Assembly: GCF_009792795.1 (NCBI RefSeq)
Contig: NZ_VKHQ01000003.1
Location: 517,601 to 549,600 of the forward strand
Origin: Cognatiluteimonas profundi
GTDB taxonomy: Bacteria > Pseudomonadota > Gammaproteobacteria > Xanthomonadales > Xanthomonadaceae
Direction: 5' to 3'
Length of the DNA stretch: 32,000 bases
The translations under genes were made by a program, and so were the position numbers. This document shows positions 17,520 to 24,506 of the stretch, piece after piece (position 1 is the stretch's first letter; each line of letters begins with the position of its first letter). The notes under the pieces are model-generated. The model made no database searches. It was not told where the DNA came from and saw only the letters and a program-made list of their open reading frames with translations.

Positions 17520-17755
17520 GCGGGCCCCTTCGCATCGCGCGCGGCGATGCGGTCTGCTATCCAGCAGTCCACTTCGAGAGCGCTCCACGCGCTGGCCCTG
17601 GTTCCCAGCTTGCATGGGGCAGGAAAGGTCGGCGGATTGGCGGCGATGCGTCGGTAGATTTCGGACCGCGACAGCCCGGTGCGGGCTTTAACTTGCGGCA
17701 ACCGTTCAAGGATCAAGGCGCCCGTTGCGGATGCCGTTAGGTAGTTGCGAGTCAT
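17516..17755 (-). CDS. alpA: AlpA-family DNA-binding protein (excisionase/transcriptional regulator)
   Basis: LERLPQVKARTGLSRSEIYRRIAANPPTFPAPCKLGTRASAWSALEVDCWIADR matches the AlpA/phage Xis-like HTH pattern (L.LP.V...TGLSRSTIYR.I..G.FP.P.KLG.RAV.W...E...W). ATG at 17755 lies 7 nt after GGGGAGA. The track's TTG at 17770 is less likely. Confidence 0.85.
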   Translation of the reverse strand: MTRNYLTASATGALILERLPQVKARTGLSRSEIYRRIAANPPTFPAPCKLGTRASAWSALEVDCWIADRIAARDAKGPA

Positions 17756-17838
17756 TGTGTGTCTCCCCAAGCCGTGGCGGGATTGCCTTCGGCTTGGGAA
17801 GTGATGCTGGCCGCCTGAGAGCCACGTGGCGCCCCTGA

Positions 17839-17865
17839 GCTAGCACATGCCGGCGTTAGCTAGCA
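17839..17865. promoter_or_regulatory. Two GCTAGCA boxes spaced 20 bp apart, upstream of alpA; candidate operator
   Basis: gctagca at 17839-17845 and 17859-17865, each containing the palindrome GCTAGC. The second box overlaps the stop codon of the 184-aa ORF. A 9-bp inverted repeat cccaagccg/cggcttggg lies at about 17766-17798. Confidence 0.3.
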
Positions 17866-18414
17866 GGTGCCTGTTTTACGTAGCGCTGTGAGCCATTTGC
17901 GGGCGGTATCAGGGGCAATGGCATGCCCTCGCCGTGCTAGCTCGGTATGAAACTGGACCGCCGTCCAACCCTTCCGATTAGCTTCCGGCCAAAGGCCACG
18001 CGCGGCTTGCCTGGTGATCTGTTTTGGATCAGCTGCCAGCCGCCCTTGCGCGCCTTTAGCAGCAGTTGCACGACGAGCCTTGCCGGCGCGCTTGACGGCA
18101 ATTCCCATTAACACTTCGCACAGTGTCGCTAGATTTCGCGCGACCCCAACAAGATCAATTAGCTGGCGCTTTGCCTGCTCTTCGCTTAAATCTCCAACCA
18201 TTGCACCCACGTCGCGCGGCTTATATTTGACGCGCAATTTCGAGCGACTTGCAAAATAATCACGCAAGAGCGCAGTTAGATCTAAGGAAAAGTCGTCGCA
18301 TATTGCAGCTAGCTCAACCCAAATAGGCGATATGGGCCGCCCATTTTCCATCGACTCCCTAATCCACCTAAGTTCTAAATCGTCCAGTGCGTTCCTCGCA
18401 TACGGTCGCTTCAC
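17860..18414 (-). CDS. Hypothetical protein, 184 aa (between int and alpA)
   Basis: GTG start. AT-richer 5' half with balanced composition (MKRPYARNALDDLELRWIRESMENGRPISPIWVELAAICDDFSLDL...). The C-terminal basic segment WTAVQFHTELARRGHAIAPDTARKWLTALRK looks HTH-like. No family recognised. Confidence 0.55.
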   Translation of the reverse strand: MKRPYARNALDDLELRWIRESMENGRPISPIWVELAAICDDFSLDLTALLRDYFASRSKLRVKYKPRDVGAMVGDLSEEQAKRQLIDLVGVARNLATLCEVLMGIAVKRAGKARRATAAKGAQGRLAADPKQITRQAARGLWPEANRKGWTAVQFHTELARRGHAIAPDTARKWLTALRKTGTC

Positions 18415-18505
18415 ACGGTGCCCCCCCTAGTGCCCTTAAAAGAGCCGCCCCAGCGCCGCTTGGTCACGGCGTCTTTGCCCCGTCGGGCTAGGCGCGGTTA
18501 TGCGG

Positions 18506-19732
18506 TCATTTCGCCTGGCGCTTGAACGCAATCACGTTAGCGCCTTTTTTCAACTGGTCCAGATAGTCGGCCCATGCCTGCATCATTGTCGTGCGCTCGG
18601 CCATGTACTGCGCGCGGTTGTAGGCGGCCCGGACGTTGTTGCGCTCGGCGTGCGCGAGTTGACGTTCGATCACGTCGGGTTTCCAGCCCATTTCATTCAA
18701 GCGCGTCGATGCCATCGCGCGGAAGCCATGCCCCGTCATCGTGTCCTTGTCGTACCCCAGCCGCCGAAGTGCGCCATTGACCGTGTTTTCGGACATGGGG
18801 CGGTCGCCCGTGCGCAGGCTCGGGAAACAGTAGCGACCGCGTCGGGAAGGCGTCGGGCCGGTCAAGGGTTGCAACTCGCGAAGGATGGCGACGGCCTGCG
18901 ACGGCAGCGGCACGGCATGGGCCTCGCGCATTTTCATTTTGCCGGCGGGGATCCTCCACATGGCGGCATCCAGGTCGAGCTCGGCCCACTCCATTGCCCG
19001 CAGGTTGCCTGGGCGAGCGAACAGCAGCGGAGCCAGCTTCAGTGCGGCCAGCGTTACGGGCTGCCCGGTGTAGGTGTCGATGGTGCGCAGCAAATCGCCC
19101 ACGTCGGCGGGGTCAGTGATCGCCGCGCGCGCCGTGGAAGTAACCGGGGTTAGGGCGCCGCGCAGGTCGGCCGAGGGGTCGCGATCAGCGCGGCCCGTGG
19201 CGATGGCGTAGCGAAACACCTGCCCGATGCGCTGCTTCACCCGGCGCGCCGTTTCATGGTGTCCGCGCGTCTCGATTACTCGAAGCACCGCTAGAACGTC
19301 CGGGGCCGCGATTTCAACCATGGGCCGGCTGTCCAGCTTGGAAGCCATGCCCAACAGCCACTCGGCCTTGGTGGCGGTGACTGGTGCCAGCGTGGCCCGT
19401 TGCTTGTCCAGCCACTCAGTAGCGATGGCGCCAAAGGTGTTGGCAGCGGAGAGGGATGCACGGGCCTTGCCCGCCTTGCGCTCAGACGACGGGTCGCGGC
19501 CATCCCGCAGCAGATCGCGGGCAGCATCGCGACGCTTGCGTGCCTCAGCCAGCGTGACCTCGGGATGCACCCCAAAGGACAACAGGCGCTCCCTGCCGCC
19601 GTGGCGGTACTTCATGCGCCAGTAACGGCCAGCTGGCATGACGTGCAGGAACAGACCGCCGCCGTCGAAATGCTTGCCCGGGCCTGCGGCGCGGATCGCC
19701 AGAGCCGTTAGCTTGCCGGAGTCATTCGCCAT
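18506..19732 (-). CDS. int: Tyrosine-type site-specific integrase, P4-like (DUF4102 arm-binding N-domain)
   Basis: 408 aa. N terminus LTALAIRAAGPGKHFDGGGLFLHVMPAGRYWRMKYRHGGRERLLSFGVHPEVTLAEARKRRD is the typical DUF4102 pattern. Catalytic region: HGFRAMASTRLNEMGW...ERQLAHAERNNVRAAYNRAQY. Adjacent to the tRNA 3' end. Confidence 0.93.
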   Translation of the reverse strand: MANDSGKLTALAIRAAGPGKHFDGGGLFLHVMPAGRYWRMKYRHGGRERLLSFGVHPEVTLAEARKRRDAARDLLRDGRDPSSERKAGKARASLSAANTFGAIATEWLDKQRATLAPVTATKAEWLLGMASKLDSRPMVEIAAPDVLAVLRVIETRGHHETARRVKQRIGQVFRYAIATGRADRDPSADLRGALTPVTSTARAAITDPADVGDLLRTIDTYTGQPVTLAALKLAPLLFARPGNLRAMEWAELDLDAAMWRIPAGKMKMREAHAVPLPSQAVAILRELQPLTGPTPSRRGRYCFPSLRTGDRPMSENTVNGALRRLGYDKDTMTGHGFRAMASTRLNEMGWKPDVIERQLAHAERNNVRAAYNRAQYMAERTTMMQAWADYLDQLKKGANVIAFKRQAK

Positions 19733-19735
19733 GAC

Positions 19736-19796
19736 CTACCCCCAAATAACGGCGCCCTGCCGTCCCCTACCCCCAAAGCTACCCCCACGTACCCCC
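19736..19796. repeat. Cluster of CTACCCCC (GGGGGTAG) motifs between int and the tRNA; candidate arm-type integrase sites
   Basis: Full copies at 19736-19743 (3 nt upstream of the int ATG on the minus strand), 19767-19774 and 19779-19786, plus a partial TACCCCC at 19790-19796. The 19767-19789 pair matches 11937-11959. Confidence 0.6.
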
Positions 19797-19840
19797 GGCT
19801 GCAATGGGCCTCGTTGGGACGCCTCAGGAACACAAGGCAA

Positions 19841-19866
19841 CAAAAAACCCGCCTCATCAGCGGGTT
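19841..19866 (-). terminator. Rho-independent terminator just downstream of tRNA-Leu, supplied by the island
   Basis: Minus-strand acccgc-ugaugag-gcgggu followed by UUUUUUG. Lies 44 nt past the tRNA 3' end and upstream of int. Confidence 0.75.
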
Positions 19867-19909
19867 AGGTGTTGATTCAAGGAGTTTTGGACGCCTTGGA
19901 ATCGTTACA

Positions 19910-19932
19910 TGGTGCCCAAAGGGGGACTCGAA
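19910..19932 (-). repeat. int-proximal att core (last 23 nt of tRNA-Leu)
   Basis: tggtgcccaaagggggactcgaa is repeated at 11861-11882 with a single-base deletion. Confidence 0.85.
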
Positions 19933-19994
19933 CCCCCACGACCTAAGTCGCTACCACCTCAAGGTAGTGCGTCTACCAATTCCGCCATCTGGGC
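19910..19994 (-). tRNA. tRNA-Leu (anticodon GAG), class II with long variable arm, CCA encoded
   Basis: Reverse complement GCCCAGATGGCGGAATTGGTAGACGCACTACCTTGAGGTGGTAGCGACTTAGGTCGTGGGGGTTCGAGTCCCCCTTTGGGCACCA folds as a cloverleaf: acceptor GCCCAGA/TTTGGGC, anticodon stem CTACC/GGTAG with loop TTGAGGT, T arm GGGGG-TTCGAGT-CCCCC. Confidence 0.93.
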
Positions 19995-20093
19995 AAAACG
20001 TTTGTGGCCATCATGGCCGCTGCGCCGGCGTTCCATGCCGCGCGCTTGAAGCGTTGGATCAGGTGCGATGCAACAGGTTGCCAGCCGTGGCGA

Positions 20094-20552
20094 TCAACCG
20101 CCCGAAGCCGGTTTTGCCGGAGCCGGCGGTTGCGCAGGGGTCGTTGCCGCTGGCGCCTGCTGCGCCGGCGCGACCGGGACGCTGGATGCCGGCGCCGCCG
20201 CGGGGGCCTTCTCAACGGGGACGCCGGGAACGGCACCGCCGGAAGCAGGCGCCTGCGCGGGCGTCGCCGGAACCTGGGCCATGACGCCAAGGTCCTGCTG
20301 CGCCGGGGTCGGCTGCGCCTTGTGGGTCGCGTACCAGGCCATGAACAGGCTGATCACGAAGAACGCCACGCCAAGCCACTTGGTGCTCTTGGAGAGGAAG
20401 TTCGACGATCCTCGCGACCCGAACACGGTGGCCGAGGCCCCGCCGCCGAAGCCTGAACCCGCCTGCGCACCGGCACCGCGCTGCATGAGGATGAGCACGA
20501 TCATTCCGATCGCGAGCAGGACGTAAATCACGTTGAGGGTCAACAACAGCAT
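20094..20552 (-). CDS. secG: Preprotein translocase subunit SecG with a Pro/Ala-rich C-terminal extension
   Basis: 152 aa. MLLLTLNVIYVLLAIGMIVLILMQRGAGAQAGSGFGGGASATVFGSRGSSNFLSKSTKWLGVAFFVISL is the SecG core, followed by a PA-rich tail of about 70 aa. Confidence 0.9.
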   Translation of the reverse strand: MLLLTLNVIYVLLAIGMIVLILMQRGAGAQAGSGFGGGASATVFGSRGSSNFLSKSTKWLGVAFFVISLFMAWYATHKAQPTPAQQDLGVMAQVPATPAQAPASGGAVPGVPVEKAPAAAPASSVPVAPAQQAPAATTPAQPPAPAKPASGG

Positions 20553-20563
20553 TTGCGAATTCT

Positions 20564-21334
20564 CTATTGGGCCGCGTCAGGCGCCGCCGCGGCCGCGATG
20601 GCGAGGAAATCCGTGGCGATCAGTGAAGCGCCACCGATCAGCCCGCCATCGACATCCGGCTGGGCGAACAGCGCGGCGGCGTTGCCGGGTTTACAGCTGC
20701 CCCCGTACAGGATGGGCAGCGAGCCAGCAATTTTAGCATCGCGGGCAGCGACTTCGCCACGAATGAAGGCGTGGACCTGCTGCGCCTGCTCCGGCGAGGC
20801 GGTCAGGCCGGTGCCGATCGCCCACACCGGTTCGTAGGCAATGATGGCGCCGGCAAGGGCTTCGACCCCGCCCAGGTCGAACAGCGGCTGCAACTGCCGC
20901 TCGATGGTGTATTCGGTCTGGCCGCCCTCACGCTGCTGCAGGCTCTCGCCCACGCACAGGATGGGCCGCAGCCCGGCCGCGCGGGCGGCCATGAACTTCC
21001 GGGCGACCAGTTCGCTCGACTCGTGGTGGTACTGGCGACGCTCCGAATGACCGACCAGGCCATAGCGGGCGCCGACATCGACCAGCATCGATGCGCAGAC
21101 CTCGCCGGTGTAGGCGCCCTGCACGTTGGCGCTGACGTCCTGCGCCCCGAACGACAGCATCGCGTAATCGGCAGCCAGCTCGCCCAGGTAGGGCAGCGGC
21201 GGCAGGATCACCAGCTCGACTCCCTGGGGCAGTGGCTGCGCCACCAGCGCATCGAGCAGGCCATGCGCAAACACGCGATCGCCGTGCAGCTTCCAGTTGC
21301 CGGCCACGATCGGTGGACGTTGCGGTGATCCCAT
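20564..21334 (-). CDS. tpiA: Triose-phosphate isomerase
   Basis: IVAGNWKLHG, GHSERR, AYEPVWAIGTG and LYGGS motifs. ATG at 21334 has AGGA 6 nt upstream. The track start at 21340 (MHMG...) directly abuts that AGGA and is less likely. Confidence 0.94.
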   Translation of the reverse strand: MGSPQRPPIVAGNWKLHGDRVFAHGLLDALVAQPLPQGVELVILPPLPYLGELAADYAMLSFGAQDVSANVQGAYTGEVCASMLVDVGARYGLVGHSERRQYHHESSELVARKFMAARAAGLRPILCVGESLQQREGGQTEYTIERQLQPLFDLGGVEALAGAIIAYEPVWAIGTGLTASPEQAQQVHAFIRGEVAARDAKIAGSLPILYGGSCKPGNAAALFAQPDVDGGLIGGASLIATDFLAIAAAAAPDAAQ

Positions 21335-21420
21335 GTGCATTCCTGGCCGTCGGGGACGCGCAGTTTACCAGCCAGCCGCGGCGTGTCTCCCGCTCGCGCC
21401 GTCGTATACAGTCGCCCTCC

Positions 21421-22098
21421 ATGAGCACGTTGCCGCCACGCGTCCGCCTGCCGATCCTTCCCTACCGCACGCCAACGGTTGGGCGGGATTACTGGGTCAT
21501 CGACGACGTCCTGCCCGATCCCGACGCGGTACGCGCGCGCTGCCTGGCCCGGAACGACTGGATCGAGGGCTATCCGCACAAGCCGGAAAGCTGGCCGGGC
21601 CTGCGCACGATTCCAGGCCTCGAACCGGACGAACTGGCAATCGTCGAATCGCATGCGCTGCGCGCCACGGGAGCGAGGAAGCTGTGGGTGCAGGCGGCGG
21701 CCGACGGCATGCGCCTGAACCACAACTGCCTCCAGGTCGTCGGCATCGACGAATGCGAACCGCGTCCGCACACCGACTCACGCGCGCTGTGCCGTTATGC
21801 CGCCGTGCTCTACCTCAATCCAATGGTGCCCGACAGTTGCGGCACCAGCTTCTACCGCCAGCGGCTCGCCAATGGCCAGCGTGGCGGCAATGTCGTCATG
21901 CCGCCGCATGCGAACCTCGTCGAGGCGCTTGGCACGCGATTCGTGTCGCCTGACGCGTTCGTCGAGGACGTCGCCGTTCCGCATCGCTACAACCGGCTGC
22001 TGCTGTATCGCGCCAACCTCATCCACAGCGCCACCGGCTACTGGGGGCATGCGCTCCAGGACAGGCGGATGGCGGCTGTCTTTTTCTGGATGGCCTGA
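21421..22098 (+). CDS. Conserved hypothetical protein, possible 2OG-Fe(II)-oxygenase/cupin-like fold (HxD...H)
   Basis: Internal ATG of track ORF 21232..22098, whose upstream part overlaps tpiA. 225 aa: MSTLPPRVRLPILPYRTPTVGRDYWVIDDVLPDPDAV...PRPHTDSRALCRYAAVLYLNP...YRANLIHSAT. The only plus-strand core gene; convergent with glmM, 6 nt between stops. No clear SD. Confidence 0.6.
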   Translation: MSTLPPRVRLPILPYRTPTVGRDYWVIDDVLPDPDAVRARCLARNDWIEGYPHKPESWPGLRTIPGLEPDELAIVESHALRATGARKLWVQAAADGMRLNHNCLQVVGIDECEPRPHTDSRALCRYAAVLYLNPMVPDSCGTSFYRQRLANGQRGGNVVMPPHANLVEALGTRFVSPDAFVEDVAVPHRYNRLLLYRANLIHSATGYWGHALQDRRMAAVFFWMA

Positions 22099-22104
22099 GC
22101 GGCC

Positions 22105-23466
22105 TTACTGCACCGCCGCCCGCACGGAATCGGCGAGCGCATCCAGCGTGGCACGCATCAGCGTCACGTCGTCGGCCTCCACCGTCACCCTGACGACAGG
22201 TTCGGTCCCCGAGGGACGCAGGAAGGCACGGCCGCGACCTTCCACGGCGCGCTGGGCGATTGCCAGCGCTGCCTGCACACCGGGGGATTCGACGGGCCGC
22301 GCTCCGCTGTCGAAGCGCACGTTGATCGTTTCCTGGGGCACGCGCTGCATGCCATGCAAGGCCTCGCGCAGCGTCAGCTTGCGCCGCCGCAGCACTTCCA
22401 GCACCTGCAACGCGCTGACGATGCCATCGCCGGTATTGGCGCGATCCAGGCACAGCAGGTGGCCCGATGCCTCGCCACCCAGCACGCCCTCGTGCTTCAA
22501 CAGCGCCTGGTGTACGTGCCGGTCACCGACCTTGGCGCGCACGAAGCCGATACCGCGCTCGCCCAGGGCGCGCTCGAGGCCAAAGTTGCTCATCAGCGTG
22601 CCGACGACAGGGCCGCGCAGGCGACCGCTGCGTTGCCAGTCGGTCGCCAGGACGTAGACCAGGTCGTCGCCATCGCAGATGGCACCGTCCGCATCCACGA
22701 ACAGCACGCGGTCGCCGTCGCCATCGAAAGCGATGCCGAGGTCCGCATGCATCGCCAGTACGTGCGCGACGAGGCCCTCCGGATGCGTCGAACCGACACC
22801 TTCGTTGATGTTGGTTCCGTTGGGATCCACGCCGATGGCATCCACGCGCGCGCCCAGCTCGCGCAGCACGAGCGGGGCAAGCTGGTAGGTCGCGCCGTTG
22901 GCGCAATCCATCGCGATGCTCATCCCGCCGAGGTCGAATCCCTTGGGCGTGGAATTCTTGCAGGCTTCCACATAGCGACCGAGCGCATCGCGGGTGCGGA
23001 CCGCCTTGCCGAGTTTTTCCGACGGCATCGTCTCGAAGGGGCGCGTCAACGCGGCCTCGATCGCCAGCTCCGCGGCGTCGTCGAGCTTTTCGCCGTGGGC
23101 CGAGAAAAACTTGATGCCGTTGTCGTAATGGGGGTTGTGCGAAGCCGAGATCACGATGCCGCCATCGGCGCGCAACGAACGGGTCAGGTGCGCAACCGCC
23201 GGCGTGGGCATCGGCCCCATCAATTGCACGTCGACGCCAGCGGCCACCAGGCCAGCCTCGAGCGCGGCCTCGAACATGTAGTTGGAGATCCGCGTGTCCT
23301 TGCCGATGATGACCAGCGGCTTGCGCCATTCACGCGTGCCCTGTGCCTGCAGCTTCAATGCATGCCCATAGGCGTTGCCCAGCCGCAGGACGAAATCCGC
23401 GGAGATCGCCCCCTCGCCGACGCGGCCGCGAATGCCGTCCGTCCCGAAATACGCGCGCGCACTCAT
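22105..23466 (-). CDS. glmM: Phosphoglucosamine mutase
   Basis: Internal start of track ORF 22105..23868: [19 protein letters not shown]...[19 protein letters not shown] (phosphoserine loop)...FDGDGDRV...GGEASGH, 453 aa. ATG at 23466 overlaps the accD TGA (ATGA). Confidence 0.94.
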   Translation of the reverse strand: MSARAYFGTDGIRGRVGEGAISADFVLRLGNAYGHALKLQAQGTREWRKPLVIIGKDTRISNYMFEAALEAGLVAAGVDVQLMGPMPTPAVAHLTRSLRADGGIVISASHNPHYDNGIKFFSAHGEKLDDAAELAIEAALTRPFETMPSEKLGKAVRTRDALGRYVEACKNSTPKGFDLGGMSIAMDCANGATYQLAPLVLRELGARVDAIGVDPNGTNINEGVGSTHPEGLVAHVLAMHADLGIAFDGDGDRVLFVDADGAICDGDDLVYVLATDWQRSGRLRGPVVGTLMSNFGLERALGERGIGFVRAKVGDRHVHQALLKHEGVLGGEASGHLLCLDRANTGDGIVSALQVLEVLRRRKLTLREALHGMQRVPQETINVRFDSGARPVESPGVQAALAIAQRAVEGRGRAFLRPSGTEPVVRVTVEADDVTLMRATLDALADSVRAAVQ

Positions 23467-24353
23467 GCAGCGGCCTCGGCATCTTCCGGCGGCTGCGGAA
23501 GCTTCATGAGCATTGCGATCAGGTGCGCGATCCGGCCGCGCAGCTCGCGTCGATCGCAGATCTGGTCGATCGCGCCATGCTCGACGAGGAACTCGCTGCG
23601 CTGGAATCCTTCCGGCAGCGTTTCGCGCACGGTCTGCTCGATCACGCGCGGCCCGGCGAAGCCGATCAGCGCTTCGGGCTCGGCCATGTTGATGTCGCCA
23701 AGCATCGCCAGCGAAGCCGACACGCCGCCGGTCGTGGGATGCGTCATCACGGAAATATAGGGAAGGCCCGCCGCGCGCAGCCGGCCGAGCGCCGCCGAGG
23801 TCTTGGCCATCTGCATCAGCGAGAACAGGCTTTCCTGCATGCGCGCACCGCCGGTCGCGGAAAAACACACCAGCGGACTCCCGATCGCGAGCGCCCGCTC
23901 GGCGGCCAATGCGAAACGCTCGCCAACCACGGAACCCATCGACCCGCCCATGAAGGCGAAATCAAAGGCGCAGGCGATCATCGGCTGGCCACGCAGCGTT
24001 CCCTGCATCGCCACCAGGGCATCGCGTTCGCCGGTGGCCTTCTGCGCGGCCTTGATCCGGTCCGAATACTTCTTCTGGTCCTTGAAGGACAGGACATCGA
24101 TCGGGCCCAGGGCCGCGCCGATTTCGGACGTGCCCTCGGGGTCCAGGAATGCCTTCAACCGCACGCGTGCGCGGATCGGCATGTGGTGGTTGCACTTCGG
24201 GCAGACCTCGAGGTTTTCCTCGAGTTCCGGCCGGTACAGCACCGCTCCGCAGCGTCCGCACTTTTCCCACAAGCCTTCGGGCACGCTGCGCTTGCGGCCG
24301 GCTGGCGCCTCGGTGCGGATGCGCGCGGGCATCAGTTTCTTCAGCCAACTCAC
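23463..24353 (-). CDS. accD: Acetyl-CoA carboxylase carboxyltransferase beta subunit
   Basis: 296 aa, GTG start after GAGGTGG. Zinc ribbon [26 protein letters not shown], then the carboxyltransferase core [16 protein letters not shown]...SGGARMQE. Confidence 0.94.
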   Translation of the reverse strand: MSWLKKLMPARIRTEAPAGRKRSVPEGLWEKCGRCGAVLYRPELEENLEVCPKCNHHMPIRARVRLKAFLDPEGTSEIGAALGPIDVLSFKDQKKYSDRIKAAQKATGERDALVAMQGTLRGQPMIACAFDFAFMGGSMGSVVGERFALAAERALAIGSPLVCFSATGGARMQESLFSLMQMAKTSAALGRLRAAGLPYISVMTHPTTGGVSASLAMLGDINMAEPEALIGFAGPRVIEQTVRETLPEGFQRSEFLVEHGAIDQICDRRELRGRIAHLIAMLMKLPQPPEDAEAAA

Positions 24354-24506
24354 CTGAAAGCCACCTCGACGATTGGAGATTTGGCGCCGGAGCGCGATGT
24401 CCTGCGTACAGGATGCTTCACCGGACCGGCGTGAAGTCTACCGCAGCCTCCCGCCTCCACTGCCCGGACGCCATCGGTGCCCGGCTCCGCATGGATGTCG
24501 CGGGCA

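Larger units (their letters stand above)
11861..19932 (-). mobile_element. About 8.1-kb integrative genomic island in the 3' end of tRNA-Leu(GAG); P4-type integrase, satellite/IME-like gene set
   Basis: Bounded by direct repeats of the tRNA 3' end (11861-11882 and 19910-19932). The integrase gene lies next to the intact tRNA. AlpA, a RepA-like ATPase and phage-type small proteins are inside. AT-richer stretches contrast with the flanks. The island separates tRNA-Leu/secG from nuoA. Confidence 0.85.

Noticed and set aside
24354-24506. Two short hairpins (cttcac...gtgaag and tcctg-tacg-cagga on the minus strand) in the trpA-accD intergenic region; considered as a possible attenuator or small RNA.
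   Set aside because: The stems are only 5-6 bp with no U tract, no leader-peptide ORF and no conserved riboswitch-like features visible. Nothing goes beyond ordinary intergenic structure.
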